A stretch of DNA of 49,451 nucleotides, counting the filler, from Bipalium vagum (Eukaryota): the NCBI GenBank assembly GCA_037834085.1. It is 3 parts of 3 records of this genome, joined end to end, with 100 filler letters (N's around TTAATTAATTAA, not from the genome) between each part and the next. Parts side by side here need not be neighbours in the genome. Positions count along the whole stretch, not along the records: positions 1 to 15,777 come from JBBMKC010146457.1; 2 more parts are not named here. One strand, given 5' to 3'. The translations under genes and the position numbers were made by a program. Numbering within the stretch: position 1 is the stretch's first letter; the number at the start of each line of letters is the position of its first letter. Below are positions 1 through 12,432 of this stretch, piece by piece. The notes beneath the pieces were generated by a model. The model saw only the letters and a list, made by a program, of their open reading frames with translations, ran no database searches and was not told where the DNA came from.

Positions 1-579
1 AATTAATAAATATAATATCAGTTATTTTGAGGTAGATGATTCCAAAATTTATCCAGTTAATACTCGATTATAACAATTTTTATTTCCATCCTATTATTAT
101 TTTTATCCATTGATAACAATCTTTTAATTGTTGTTCTTCCTAAGGTGAGTCACTGTTCTCTAGTAATCGTAAAGTAACCACATTTAACATTAGTTATTAA
201 AAATGTATTAATCACATGTTAATGTTTGGCATGTCTAATACGTCTAATTTGAGGACCGGGAGAGTTAGAAAATCCGTTCACACACTTTCTATAAATAAAT
301 TTATGTTATTGTTTTCTGGTGAATGAGAAAATACAATATTACAAGCCAGAAATAACGGTAACACAAAAAAAGCAAAACAGAAAAAGTATAAATGAAAAAT
401 CGAAATGTTTAAAATACCTTGAACCCAAGAAATAAAAACAAATGGAAAGAGTGATCTGTACACAGAAATTTTATCACAACACAACATTACGCTGGAACAG
501 TAATGAAGAAAAATAATAACAATAATAATCTGCACTTGTCTGGTACTGGTCAGTGATTGGTCATCAACATAATTAAATA

Positions 580-779
580 TCAAAGACTTTTAATTATCGT
601 CTCATTTCCGCCGGATCCATTTGTTGTTGCCGGAACTGACAAGTTTGGACCGTTACCAATTCGGTTGCTGACAAACATCGTTTCTTCCAAATCGGAAGAA
701 ATGTTTGAATCAGAATAGACAAACTTTTTCGATTCTGGATCGGAGAACATTCGTCCAGCTCCGCCGTTGGACAGAGGCT
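580..779 (-). CDS. KIAA0319L: KIAA0319L-like terminal exon
   Basis: KPLSNGG...FVYSDSNISSDLEETMF...IIKSL*; TGA at 580-582. Confidence 0.78.
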
Positions 780-3700
780 CTAAAAATAAATTGAATAAAA
801 AAGAAAAAATCGATGATTTTTTTGGAAAAAAATGAACTTTGATGTTTAATGGACGAATCGAGTTTGTATTTGGAATCGTATTCTGACAGCCTCATGTATT
901 TCGATTTGCGAACAGTCTTCACTTTCTTGCTTTTGCATTTTCTTTTTTGGAAAAATATGAATAAATATCAATAAAGACATGAAAATATTAACCATTAGCA
1001 AATCATTATTACATCGTCATACCTTCTTATAATAATAATAAAATAAATAAAAAAAATTATATATTCTATTAATATAAACTATTCTTGTTTATTAGTTATT
1101 TATTATTATCATTGATTTTATATCCATTTTTAAAATATTTTATTATATTTATTCATATCACCTATCATTTACAATTATTTATTAACTAATATTATGATAT
1201 TTATTATTTCTAATTTTCAAAATATAATTTTATTAATTCTTTAATTGTTTTCATACATTATTTTTTATATTTTTATTTATGTACTATTATTGATTTTCTA
1301 TTTATTTTATGATCCTAATCTTACTTTTATGATTATCATTATTAATACTGATGTTATCGTTATGTTGTATATTTTTAATAATAATTTATTTTTATTCTTT
1401 CTGTTACTGGTTTTTTAATTTTAATTTTTTATTTATTATTATTTTAACTACAATTTTTTTTAAAATTGTTATTTATTTAATTTACGATTATATTTTATAC
1501 ATTAATTTTGAGTTTATAAAATTTGGTTTTTAATTTATTCTTTTATTATTAGTATTTATTATTATTATTTATTTGTATCAATAATGAAAGGAAAACAATA
1601 AATAGCTGATATTACATATTTTAATTACTCAACTACAAAAATTACCTTCTCCTAAGCCACACTCCAAACCAAATGAAACCGATCAATAAAAACAGTATGA
1701 AGCAGAATATGGCAATCAAATAAATAACACTCCAATCTAAATTTTAAACAAAAAATGGGCACAGACATTTCAAATATCATGACTAAATCAATTACCGCAA
1801 TTTGGACGTCCGTCACCGAATTTGTCCCTTATTAAACTGCCAACCCAAAACGTGTCACACTCACATAATCGACTGATAACATTGCACCGTCCATGGCCAG
1901 AACAATTGTTTTGACAAACTGCACAAACGATAGTGAAAATCAATTTTATTTTTATTAAAAGAAGTTGTGACATCATGAGACAGACAAACACAAACATTAT
2001 CAAAAGACAAAAAAATAATCAGACAATAAAAGGACAAAAAAACTACATGGACCACCTACCGAATGTTTCGATTCGTAACAGCGGATAAGTGAGTGTGATA
2101 TAATCGTGACGAGCTTCACTAAGTGCCGCTACGACAAAAACTGAATCGAGATTGATAGATGACAATGGAGGCGGCGCCGCATTCGTTGAAGATGATTCTT
2201 TCTGCGGTGCCATTCCGACATTGTCTGATGGCGATTGCAAAGGCAACGTTCTGAGAACGGAAACCGAATTCGTCGCAGGCACACTGGAAGGCTGTATCTT
2301 TTGCTCCAGTGTAGCGTAAAACACCATTGCCATGCTGTTTATTTATATATTTTAATCAATGAGAAAACTTGTTTTATAAGCAGGCATTTGATCTCGTTTT
2401 CGACAAAATATAACAGAATAGTGAAAGTATGGGATTGTTGAATTAGAAATTTCGCTTTCTCTTACAAAAACATTTAAAATAGAAACAAGATTAATACACA
2501 TTTTCCGGTTGGTATTTTCCACTAATATCAATTATCTGTCAATATATACGTTTCTCAATGAATTCGGCTGATTGCGAATTACAGAAGTTGGAAACACAAT
2601 TTTTGATTTCCTTTCGGTTTTGAAAAAATAAGTGCTCCAACTGACACAAACGATAATCAAGGCTACAAGACAACTGAGACAGGCAGGGCTTGGTCCACTC
2701 GGATCAGTTGTTAGAGATCCGAATTGACCATCGGGTCCGATTTGAGCACATCAAAGTAGACCAATCCGCTAGTGTTTCAGGTCTGGTATTGGTGTCATTT
2801 TCGGGAGCGCACCTGAGCTCAACCACTGCTGCTTTTTTGCTTGTTAATCCGATAGTTAATTAATGTTTAAAAAAACTAGTTTTCGCAATGCAAAGAATTT
2901 CGGCCATGGTGACTCGTGTAATCTTGTTTGCACTCATGAACTGATGCGACACCTATTTTCCACACCATTTACTCTTTTCAATTGAATCTAAGTTCAATGT
3001 AATGATAATTATGACAACCAAATCCCTCCGCTAGTTGACAACCAACTGAGTTGATTCCATCTCAATGGTTGCCTTTAAATCTTCATTATAGAAGACTTCC
3101 GGACGTTTTCCATGTTTCATTTCTTCAAGGCTTTATCAACCTGTTCGAAACGTTGGTACTAGGACTGGCACTGACCCAATGTTGGAACATTTTTACTGAA
3201 TACATGACACAGTACACCCAGAGATTCTTTTGTATTTTGTTTATAGTCATATAGGAGTCAGATCCGTAAACCATATTTTTGCTCAATCATATGTATGTTT
3301 TTTTACATTTTTAAAATCAACTTGATATTGACATACTTCATAACAACAGATTCGCCAGAGATTGTCCTTCAAAATGAATATTAAACCAATTTATAAAGAT
3401 ATTTTTATAAACGAAAAAAAAGAAATAATATTAACGACTTTTCCAATTCATCAGCCTAATAATAACCATAGTAATTATTTTACGAAATCATTATTTTCTT
3501 CCCACATAACAATAAAATAATTAATGTTGATAATATAATAATAATAAATACAATCAATAATAATTTTAAAACTTAAAATTAAAATAATAAAATTATAAAT
3601 TTTCACCTGTTTGAAAAGGGAACTTGTGACAATTTCACAACATTTATTTTCACTCGAGAAGTATCTGAATCGATTTTCTTTTGAATTATGAGTTGTATAC

Positions 3701-5145
3701 TGCTGAGGAAGGCATTCTAAATAACCATTTTTTTCATAAAGATAAAAGATCATATATTACATATAAAGAAAAAATTCTACAATTATAAAACACGAAAACT
3801 GCAACTATTACTATGACACGAAAACCAACCTTTTTAGCCTCCGTAAAAGTGATATAGGAGCACACAAATTGCAATTCTATGAGATATGTTTCCAATTTAG
3901 CTAAAAGGACGAAAAAATAACAAAAAATCAATTTATATATCAATCAATAAAAATCACTATTTGACGGTCGTATGAGAATCATAATCGTGTCACTTACAAT
4001 GAAGAACAATCAATTTTGTCAACGCTGAATCAGACAACCCTTCGGCATCGAAAACAGTCAGTTTAAATTTGTAAATTCCAGGTGAAAAACCGGTGAGCAG
4101 CAACATTCTTTTTTCACTGGAGTTATACAAAACATCAGATTTCACCAAACTGTCATCTTCTGTAAATATGTATTAATTTATAAATTATTCTCAATAATAA
4201 TCTTATTTAAGTTCTAATTAAAACTTAAATTATTATACATTAATAATAATAATAATATCAAAAAAACTAATACTTATTAAAAAGTAAACACATTCCTTTA
4301 CTATAATTTCACACTTTCGGGACCGGAAAAAAGAAAATCTTTTGATTGTGAAATTATAAAATCATAACGTCAATGTGTAAATAACAATCGATAATTTATT
4401 ATCAATTACATAATGATAAATTATAAGTATTTAATTAAAATAATCCAATTTGTCTCTATTTCTAATCAAGTTCTCTTTGAATTGAAAGAAATCTTTTTCC
4501 ATTTTTTCTTCACATCACTGATTTTTTCATTTAATTTTATATTCTCGAGATCATTCTCTTCATTTTCACCTTCAGTTGATATTTTGTTCTATGAAGATAT
4601 ATTTACTTGCCTATTTGTTTATCAACAGGTAATTTATTTATCAATTCCCGAATCATATTCGTTTCACTGTTCATCTCAAATATAAGTTCTTCATTATTCA
4701 GGATTGAATATTGAGTCTCTTATTAAGCTTATAATGCATCCAACAATTATAAATCGTTAACGAGGTCACTTCATTCCAAGATCTTGTATTAAATCTAATA
4801 ACATCTAGTAAAATAAACTTTTATGGTTTGAATATAAGAGATATTTATTTATTTAGTTGATTTAATATTGATCTTATATTTAATTGATCTAACACGAACT
4901 TAACAACAAAGATCTATATTTTACCTTTAGTAAATGTATTATTCCATAATCTAATAGTTGAAGTCTTGTTCTTGTATTCGGTGGCAAAATAAAGAAACAA
5001 TACACTTAAAAACGAAAAAAACCATTAATTGCATGACCAGTCGCATTATTCTTTATCATTAAAATTTTTCGTTCTGATAATTTTAAAAATATCATATTAT
5101 CAACTCCAGTAATCCCCTCTGTGAATATTGAGCTCGTTATACATC

Positions 5146-5182
<37 letters not shown>

Positions 5183-8100
5183 GACATATTATTCATAATT
5201 TATTATTATATTTGTATCATTTTTAAAAACCTAGTCATAAAATGTTTAATCAAATGACGGGAATTTTATATTTCTGCACTTTTCTTTTGAATCGACAATT
5301 TCTCAGCATTTTCCAATAAATTTTCTGGACATTTCAAAGTTTTTTCATAAATTGTTAGGGAAGGCATTTATTTTGAGAGTTATTTAATTCTAAAATATTG
5401 CAAAACCTATTTATTATTTAAAAAAATAATATTTAAGTGTACTTAAAAATATGTGAATTTAAAAATCAATATTATAATCGTTAAGTTATAAATTCTTTTC
5501 ATATAAATTGTTAGGAATCAAATTTGGACTAGAAAATATGTGAAATTATGAATTTTTTGAAGCTATGGGTGGAGAATTTATAGTTGAGTGATTGTATACA
5601 TTTAATAAAATATATAAAAATAATATCAATAAAATATAAAATCATGATTAAAAATAATAAGTTTTGTTGGAAAAAATACAATGGAGGAAAAAATGAAACA
5701 CACCTCTGGTCCATTGAAACTTTACAATTTTGTGGTCATCATAAGATTTGGAACCATCGATTTTCACCAAATTATTTTCAAAATGATACACTTCGTGTAA
5801 TTCATTTACAATAGCCTTTGGATGTTGATTCTGACCTAAAATCGAAAATTATTGAAAGAGAAAAATTTGAGATATGCAATGAAACAAGAGATTGAGAGAA
5901 ACCTATAGAGAATAAACACGTAAAATTGTGAAATTAAAATAAATAACTATTATCTAACTATTATTATAATAATAATTATTATCGTCATCCATCATTTTCA
6001 ATGGAAAATAGAAAATAAAAATTAATCAATAGGAACACTAAGCAATGAGAATAAGTTGATCTTACTTTCTTCAACGTGTAAAGTCAAGACGTCGGAACTG
6101 TGCTGTTTCTCAATGTCCCATACAGTCAATTTGAATTGAAAAACACCAACTTTCAGTTTATTAACGTGAGCGATGCTTTTGTCTCCATCGACGAGATTTA
6201 ATAATTCAGGATTTTGTGGATTTCTGAAAACAAGAAATAAACGATTGAGATCCAATTTAAAACTCACGAAAAATCAATTTACTTATTATTTTGATATAAT
6301 ATAATCATTCATCTTTCATTATTCTAGTCAATATAAAATTATATTAAATAAAAAAAATCGGCCAAACAATAAATTTAACATAATAATTTTTCTTATAAAT
6401 AAAATTGATTTTTTATATTGATAAGACTGATTCAAGTGATCAAACGTGATCGATTAATTAATCCGTAATTATTAGTAATTATCAATTACCAGGCCACAAA
6501 CATATTGAAAAATAGACTAAAATTTAATTTCATTTATCTAATTTAAATTTATAATTTAATAAAAAATATTCATAATACAACTTTTTGTCGAAATATTGAT
6601 TTACTTCAATGTATCATCGTATCCATGAATCAATTTATTTTTAATATATTAACGGAAAAAACCAATATCATTATTCTGTTTCCTCTCGATTATTATTAAT
6701 ATTCTTTTATTAGTATTAATATTTTTATTGCTAGCAATTCTATTTTCTTGCATTTCCAGCTTTTATTACTTTTATCGAAATTTTTAATAGTGTTTCCAAG
6801 AACTAACGCCATAAAATATTACGCATTAAAAATATTTTTCCAGTATGTTCAATTGTGCTAGAAAATGATTGACAATGATATGATCAGTTATATTTTATAT
6901 TTCAAAAAATCATTCTAAACAGGTAATTTCATCGACCAAAAAATAAATTATATTATTGTTATTATTATTGAAATTAAAAAATAAAATTATGTTAAAAAAA
7001 TCAATTCACTCAAAATGTCAATTGAAACATTTTAATTAATTAAAAATTAATAACCATTCTATATCAGACTTTTGTCAATTGTCATAAGAATTCAGTCAAT
7101 AAACGAAATATTAAAAGATGATAAAAAATTGAGAAATTTAATATATATAAACACTTTAAATCACGAACACTCTGAAATAAGATAGATGCGAAAAATGAAA
7201 GCAATGTCACAATGTTGCTAAGTTACGAGACGTGAAAATAGAAAATCAGTCAGAAAATATGAAACTTGAAAATAAGAAATCACATAAATTGATATTGGTA
7301 CCCATTAAGATCAAAACATTTTAAAATTGACTTTTCGATTTAACTGAATACTTTGAGTTTCAAATAAAAATGATAAAAACTAATGAAATAAAATAAATCG
7401 ATTATTTAAAAAAAATCATCTTATATTGATTTTTAATGACAGAAAATGGAACTTTTAATATTAGATAAAAGTTGGATTGGTAATTTCAGCGAAATGTAAA
7501 TTGATAAGAGAAAATAATTACAGATTACACATTTTAAGACAAACCAATTAAATGATTAGAATTCTGCACTTTGGATGTATAATGAATATGTTTGACCAAT
7601 TAAATTTGAAGATTAAGGATAATTTATAATTCAGAATAACAAAAGCAACAATTACTGGAAGATTTTGAAAATTTATTTATTTTCCTAAAAAATACATTTG
7701 AAAATTCCTTTTTTTCGAGGACCCCTTTTTTCAATATTTTTGGTTGGTATTAGTAGGAAATTTATTTTTAAATTCAATAAATATTATTAATAAATAAAAA
7801 ATAATGTTAAAATTTTATTTTTATTATTATTATTATTATATTGATTTTTGTTTTAATCAATTATTTTAATTTAATATCAAAATTATCAAATCGATTTTAA
7901 TATATCGATATCAAAATTAAAATCAGGATACTCACGGAATCTGTTCCCATAGATATGTTACAATTTTGTCATCATCAGAACTCGACGATCCGTCCAATGT
8001 GGCTTCTGTGGCGGGCAATCGAATGGTGATCTGTTTGTCAGGTGACAAACCGGCTTTTGCGATGGGTGCTACATTGACTCGAGGCTTGACGAACACTTTT

Positions 8101-9961
8101 ACTTCTTTCTCTGATATCTGATTTTTGGAATCTGTGACTTTTAACTTGAAAGTGTACGTGCCTTCTTGAAGATTGCTCAATCGCAAAATCGGCTCTCTGA
8201 CACCCTATTTTACAAAATAGGAAAAAATATTGGATTTTGTATCTTAATTGCAGCACTAATTGATTATACAAGTCTAGATTAATTCTATAGCTATAACATA
8301 ACCTCATATAACTTGATGCGTAGATTTCAAATACTGTGTTTTAGCAACTATAGGACGCATCTTATACAAGTTTTAAACCATAATATTAGGTTGGAAACAA
8401 AGTTCTAGCACTATTTTTATTATGAATGATTTCATTGAAAATATAACAAAAATAAAATAAAATAATTCATCAAAAGTCCCATATCAGTCAATAATGTAGT
8501 AACCATTGTTCTCCAATACTTCCTTCCAACGACGCGGTAGATCTTGAATGCCTTTCTTTTAAAATTACATTGGTTTGCTAGCAAAGAAATTTCCAACTGC
8601 AGTTTCCAATTCTTTATCAGTCCTACACTCTTTGTCTTTCAGGAAGTTCTGCAGACCCAGGAATAAATGATAATATGAGGCGCTAGATCGGGTGAGTATG
8701 GTGGGTGACGCAAAACTTCCCATTTCAACTACAAAAGTTTTTGATCGTTGAGGTTTGAAACGTGTGGTTGGGCATTATCATGAAGTAAGATTACTTGATT
8801 CGATCATGTCCGACATTTTGCAAAGGCATCTGCTACTCGTTGCAGTTGTTGACAATATAAATAAATCTGAGTTAATGGTCTTATTACGTTCCAACACATA
8901 CCATGAGCTTCTTTTGATGCATTTCAGCCTTTGGCTGAGGTTGCGCAGTTGCTCCTTTGTCAGTCCAGCTTCTTTTGCGTGTGATATTAGAGAACAGACA
9001 CCATTTTTCATCTGAAGTAAGTAAGTTATTCAGCCAATCAGTCCGACGTTTACTTGAAATTAATGTTAAGCAGTCATCCAGACGGCGTTGCCGGTGAAAA
9101 TCAGTCAGTTTGTGGGGGACCCAAACGTTTAGTTTACCAACTTTCCCAATTTCTTTCAAATGGTGTAAAATGGCTGTATGACTGACGCAAAACTTCTGAG
9201 CTAGCTCTCGTGATGTCATATGTGCATCAGCTTCCACATAGGAGCGCAAGAGGTTATTGTTGATAATGGGGGGTCGACCACTCCTTGCATTATCTTGGTT
9301 GCCCATATGACCACTCTTGAACTTTTTGAACCAATGAAAGGCTGTACGACGACCAATTGTATCTTCTCCAAATGCTTCGTTGATACGATGATGCGACTGG
9401 CTTGAGTTTATACCGGATTTGATATCATATAATAAAAACATACACAATTTTTCGTGAGATTTTATCAGCCATATTGGATATTAAAATATGCACTAAAATA
9501 AAAAGTAATATTTAAACAATATATTGTATCTAATATATATCTATATTTAAATCAATTAGTTATAAATAATTTTAAAATAGGCATATAACAATAGTTCGAG
9601 AACTTTGTTTCCAACCTAATATTTTAAAAAATTTTAAACCGTCTTATACATACTAGATAAAATAAAAAAATTTCATTACCAAAATAAGAACATTTATTTA
9701 TTCGGAATAAAACCATTGGATAGCTTTCAAACATGTTTCTCAAAATTTTTTAGTTAACCGGAAAGCTACCGATTATAAAGAATTATTAGGAATATTGTTG
9801 CGGGAATTTAAGAATTTGGACTTTAATATGATTCTTAAATGGGCAAATGAATCAAAAAACAGTTAAATCTACATAAATTTTTTGTCATATACTTGAAAAT
9901 TTAATTGTTTTATTTGATGAGATTTTTAAAAAAAACTAAAATAATAAATGTAGTAAAAATT

Positions 9962-10009
<48 letters not shown>

Positions 10010-12193
10010 TGTATAAAAAACGATTTCAAAAAATAATTTTTGTAAATAAGAAAATAATAATTTCAACAAAAAGAACAGGAAAAACTGATATGAGTTTCAT
10101 GAAAGTATTTTTCGACATTCCTAACTTATGTTGCCAAACCTGACATTATTGACAAGAATGAATTGGTTGTAATTATTTTTAGAATCGTACAAAATTTCAA
10201 TGTTAATATGAGATTTTTTTTTTGATAAATTGTTGTTTCAACCAAAAAAAATATTTAAAAATTTATAAATTAAATGGAAATCAATAATAAATAAATAATT
10301 TCACAGAAATAAATGAAAATAAATAAATATATACATATATAATTTATAATAGTAATAATAATTAGGAATAATTATTTTAAAAATAAAAAATTAATACTTA
10401 TAACACATATAAATAAAATAAAAAATATTTATTAAATATAGAAATATAAAATAAAAGAAAAATAAATGTATATATAATAAACAATAAAATATTTTAAAAA
10501 TAAACAATAAATTTAATATCCATATTTATAAAAAATATTTCAATTAATTAAATCAATAAATATGTGAAAGTAAAAAAAAATCAATTGTCTGAAAATTGTT
10601 AAATTATTTTAAGTGTGTTTGGTTCTCCAAAAGAACAGAAACTACTAAAGGTCTATAATAATAATTATGATAAAAATATTAATAATAATACAAAAAATCA
10701 AAAATAAATAACAAATTAATTTAATAATAATAATAATAAGTGGATAAATTGTTATTTGAATAACAATTTATCTCGACATCGAGAAAATAATTAATAAATA
10801 ATTATAATAATAAAATACTAATATTCACTACGTCGATATAATTGAAAAATAATTTTGCAATTATTAGGCTAGTAGAGAAAATAGCCTTCCATAAGTAACG
10901 ATTGGTGGTTTTTACTACTATATAAGGCAAGGATTTCGTTTAAAAATTTGACGACGAAAATATATATAAGTCCAAGATTAACATTAAGCAAAAAAAAAAT
11001 TTCATAAGATACCAGTTCCCGAAAAGAAAAAAAATTTGTTCTAAATTTTTCTCTGCGACAACAGAAACTTCGTCGGAAGATTTACTTCAGTTTATTGATT
11101 TGTAAACATCTTTAACCTTCCAAGAATATGTTTCAACATGATTTTTCAATGGATGGGTCGAGTTAGTGAACCCCTAGACGGCCGAACAGGGCCTAGTGGA
11201 CGAACTACAGACCCATTAACCGCTCCGATGAGATAGTTAATATTGTATTTTATTTGTTTTTAATCGTTTCGATTTTTAAACATTTAAAACTTTTTATTAT
11301 TAATTTAAATATTTTGATCGAAAATTGAATAATATTTATTTAACATATTATTTTATTGAAATTATACCGACTTGATTTTGTTTTCATTAATTTTTAATCT
11401 GAAATTCAAATCGATTCTGTGATCGATTTGTTCTTCATTGTATCTTGTAATAAAACAATTGTGATTTTTTCTATTCACAATGTTAAATAAAGTTTACTAC
11501 TAATATTTTGATTCAACAACAGATGGGTATTTGGAGTAATTTAAATTTAACGAACATGTTGTCAATAAAGTGAGGAATTAATAAGTTTGAGCTAGAAATT
11601 ACACTTCGATAGAGGAAAATAGTAACAAGTGTTTTAATCTTTTCAAATTGAGAAAAATTTAAATCCAAATGAAGAGATTAATTTCTATCAAGATCACCAT
11701 GAAACACTAACAGCTAACTGAACATACCTGGATATCGGCCGTAAGACCGTCGGATATTTTCGACCATTCATAAGAAACGATTTCTTTGTCATCGGTTGAT
11801 CCGCTGCCATTGAGAATTGCAGAATTGAGTGGCAGATTGACAATCATGTTCGGCCCGGGATCTGCCTTGGGTGGATAATCTTTTTCTGGAAGAGATACGG
11901 TGAATGAGATGCCAAACAGTTCCCAATTCGATACAAGAAACAAAGTCAGAAAAAATATTTAAAAATCAAAAGAGCAGATAAAAAACCTGGCAACACAACC
12001 AAAGACGCCGTCGTGAAATTACTCAGTCCTTGAGCGTCTTTAACGGTCAATTTGAAAGTATAATTTCCAGCGATTATATTTTTGTCTAACTGAAACAAAG
12101 GTTGGTCGGAATTTTTCAGGTTTTTCTCTAATTCTATAGGACTCTGTACGGTTTCCCAATGGTAGGACACAATCTTATGGTCATCTGTGCTGC
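580..12193 (-). CDS. KIAA0319L: KIAA0319/KIAA0319L (AAVR)-like type I membrane protein, 5'-partial (mid-PKD2 to PKD5, SEA-like region, Cys-rich/EGF-like region, TM helix, cytoplasmic tail)
   Basis: Manual splice reconstruction: complement(join(580-779,838-941,1646-1736,1796-1918,2060-2334,3607-3716,3830-3900,3998-4159,5704-5835,6066-6223,7936-8204,11728-11885,11987-12193)). All introns are GT-AG and all phases are consistent (~686 aa). Motifs STDDHKIVSYHWE, DYPPKADPGPN, LDGSSSSDDDKIVTYLWE, CSGHGRC..CECDTFW..GDGRPNCDWSVIY and RKSKY follow the order known in KIAA0319-family proteins. The N-terminus (signal, MANEC, PKD1) was not found in the window. Confidence 0.93.
838..941 (-). CDS. KIAA0319L: KIAA0319L-like exon (juxtamembrane cytoplasmic)
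   Basis: KCKSKKVKTVRKSKYMRLSEYDSKYKLDSSIKHQ; the acceptor is a weaker AAG. Confidence 0.75.
1646..1736 (-). CDS. KIAA0319L: KIAA0319L-like exon (transmembrane helix)
   Basis: DWSVIYLIAIFCFILFLLIGFIWFGVWLRR. Confidence 0.9.
1796..1918 (-). CDS. KIAA0319L: KIAA0319L-like exon (Cys-rich/EGF-like)
   Basis: VCQNNCSGHGRCNVISRLCECDTFWVGSLIRDKFGDGRPNC. Confidence 0.92.
2060..2334 (-). CDS. KIAA0319L: KIAA0319L-like exon (SEA-like region with S/P/T-rich insert)
   Basis: MAMVFYA...PLLRIETF; matches the family pattern MVFFV...ALEVNT. Confidence 0.85.
2990..3330 (-). mobile_element. possible decayed RTE-like non-LTR retrotransposon 3' fragment (intronic)
   Basis: Stop-interrupted translation gives MVYGSDSYMT, VSNRL, HGKRP and EDLK, weakly resembling RTE C-terminal motifs. 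Confidence 0.3.
3607..3716 (-). CDS. KIAA0319L: KIAA0319L-like exon (SEA-like region)
   Basis: NAFLSSIQLIIQKKIDSDTSRVKINVVKLSQVPFSN; phase-compatible. Confidence 0.8.
3830..3900 (-). CDS. KIAA0319L: KIAA0319L-like exon (start of SEA-like region)
   Basis: KLETYLIELQFVCSYITFTEAKK; phase-compatible with neighbouring exons. Confidence 0.8.
3998..4159 (-). CDS. KIAA0319L: KIAA0319L-like exon (PKD5 C-terminal half)
   Basis: DDSLVKSDVLYNSSEKRMLLLTGFSPGIYKFKLTVFDAEGLSDSALTKLIVLH. Confidence 0.88.
5704..5835 (-). CDS. KIAA0319L: KIAA0319L-like exon (PKD5 N-terminal half)
   Basis: QNQHPKAIV...VKIDGSKSYDDHKIVKFQWTR; not in the ORF track. Confidence 0.88.
6066..6223 (-). CDS. KIAA0319L: KIAA0319L-like exon (PKD4 C-terminal half)
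   Basis: NPQNPELLNLVDGDKSIAHVNKLKVGVFQFKLTVWD...LHVEE. Confidence 0.88.
7936..8204 (-). CDS. KIAA0319L: KIAA0319L-like exon (PKD3/PKD4)
   Basis: GVREPILRLSNLQEGTYTFKLKVTD...APIAKAG...LDGSSSSDDDKIVTYLWEQI. Confidence 0.9.
8386..9619 (-). mobile_element. mariner (DD34D) transposon, near full length, defective; elegans-subfamily-like; in a KIAA0319L intron
   Basis: 21-bp TIRs TTAGGTTGGAAACAAAGTTCT with TA on both sides. Frameshifted transposase ~9472-8484 with WVPHKL, LTSDEKW, HDNAQPH and HPPYSPDLAP. Confidence 0.93.
9963..10007. repeat. (TAA)n microsatellite
   Basis: About 15 perfect trinucleotide units; similar tracts near 5147-5182 and 34276-34305. Confidence 0.9.
10744..11240 (+). repeat. 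unclassified dispersed element, copy 1 (hairpins, CCAAT/TATA-like motifs, GC-rich block)
   Basis: Collinear similarity to the reverse complement of 24845-25270. Confidence 0.6.
11728..11885 (-). CDS. KIAA0319L: KIAA0319L-like exon (PKD3 N-terminal half)
   Basis: EKDYPPKADPGPNMIVNLPLNSAILNGSGSTDDKEIVSYEW...ADIQ. Confidence 0.9.
11987..12193 (-). CDS. KIAA0319L: KIAA0319L-like exon (PKD2 C-terminal half)
   Basis: STDDHKIVSYHWETVQSP...AGNYTFKLTVKDAQGLSNFTTASLVVLP; AG/GT flanks. Confidence 0.9.
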
Positions 12194-12432
12194 CTATTTA
12201 ATTTATGAGTTAAATGAGTTTCACTCCAATAAATAATTAACCAAATAAAGGAAATAAATTTATACAAAATAATCAATTGTAAATGAAAGATTTACAATTT
12301 TTGAAAAAAATGTGAAATAATAAATCAATAAAAAGTTAATATTTACTTTTTATTAGATCAATTTTGTAATATTATATTTTAATTTTTTCTTCTAAATATA
12401 AACATGTATATTTATAATAAATACATGTATAA

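Noticed and set aside
278-583. 101-aa hydrophobic ORF, and similar F/I/L-rich ORFs (1351, 4413, 17419, 31862, 36067)
   Set aside because: Compositional artefacts of T-rich DNA; 278-583 lies in the probable 3' UTR of the KIAA0319L-like gene.
11154-11216. tRNA gene or HDV/hammerhead ribozyme call for the GC-rich block
   Set aside because: Only about 61 nt, without canonical D/T loops or correctly ordered ribozyme cores; kept only as an unclassified structured candidate.
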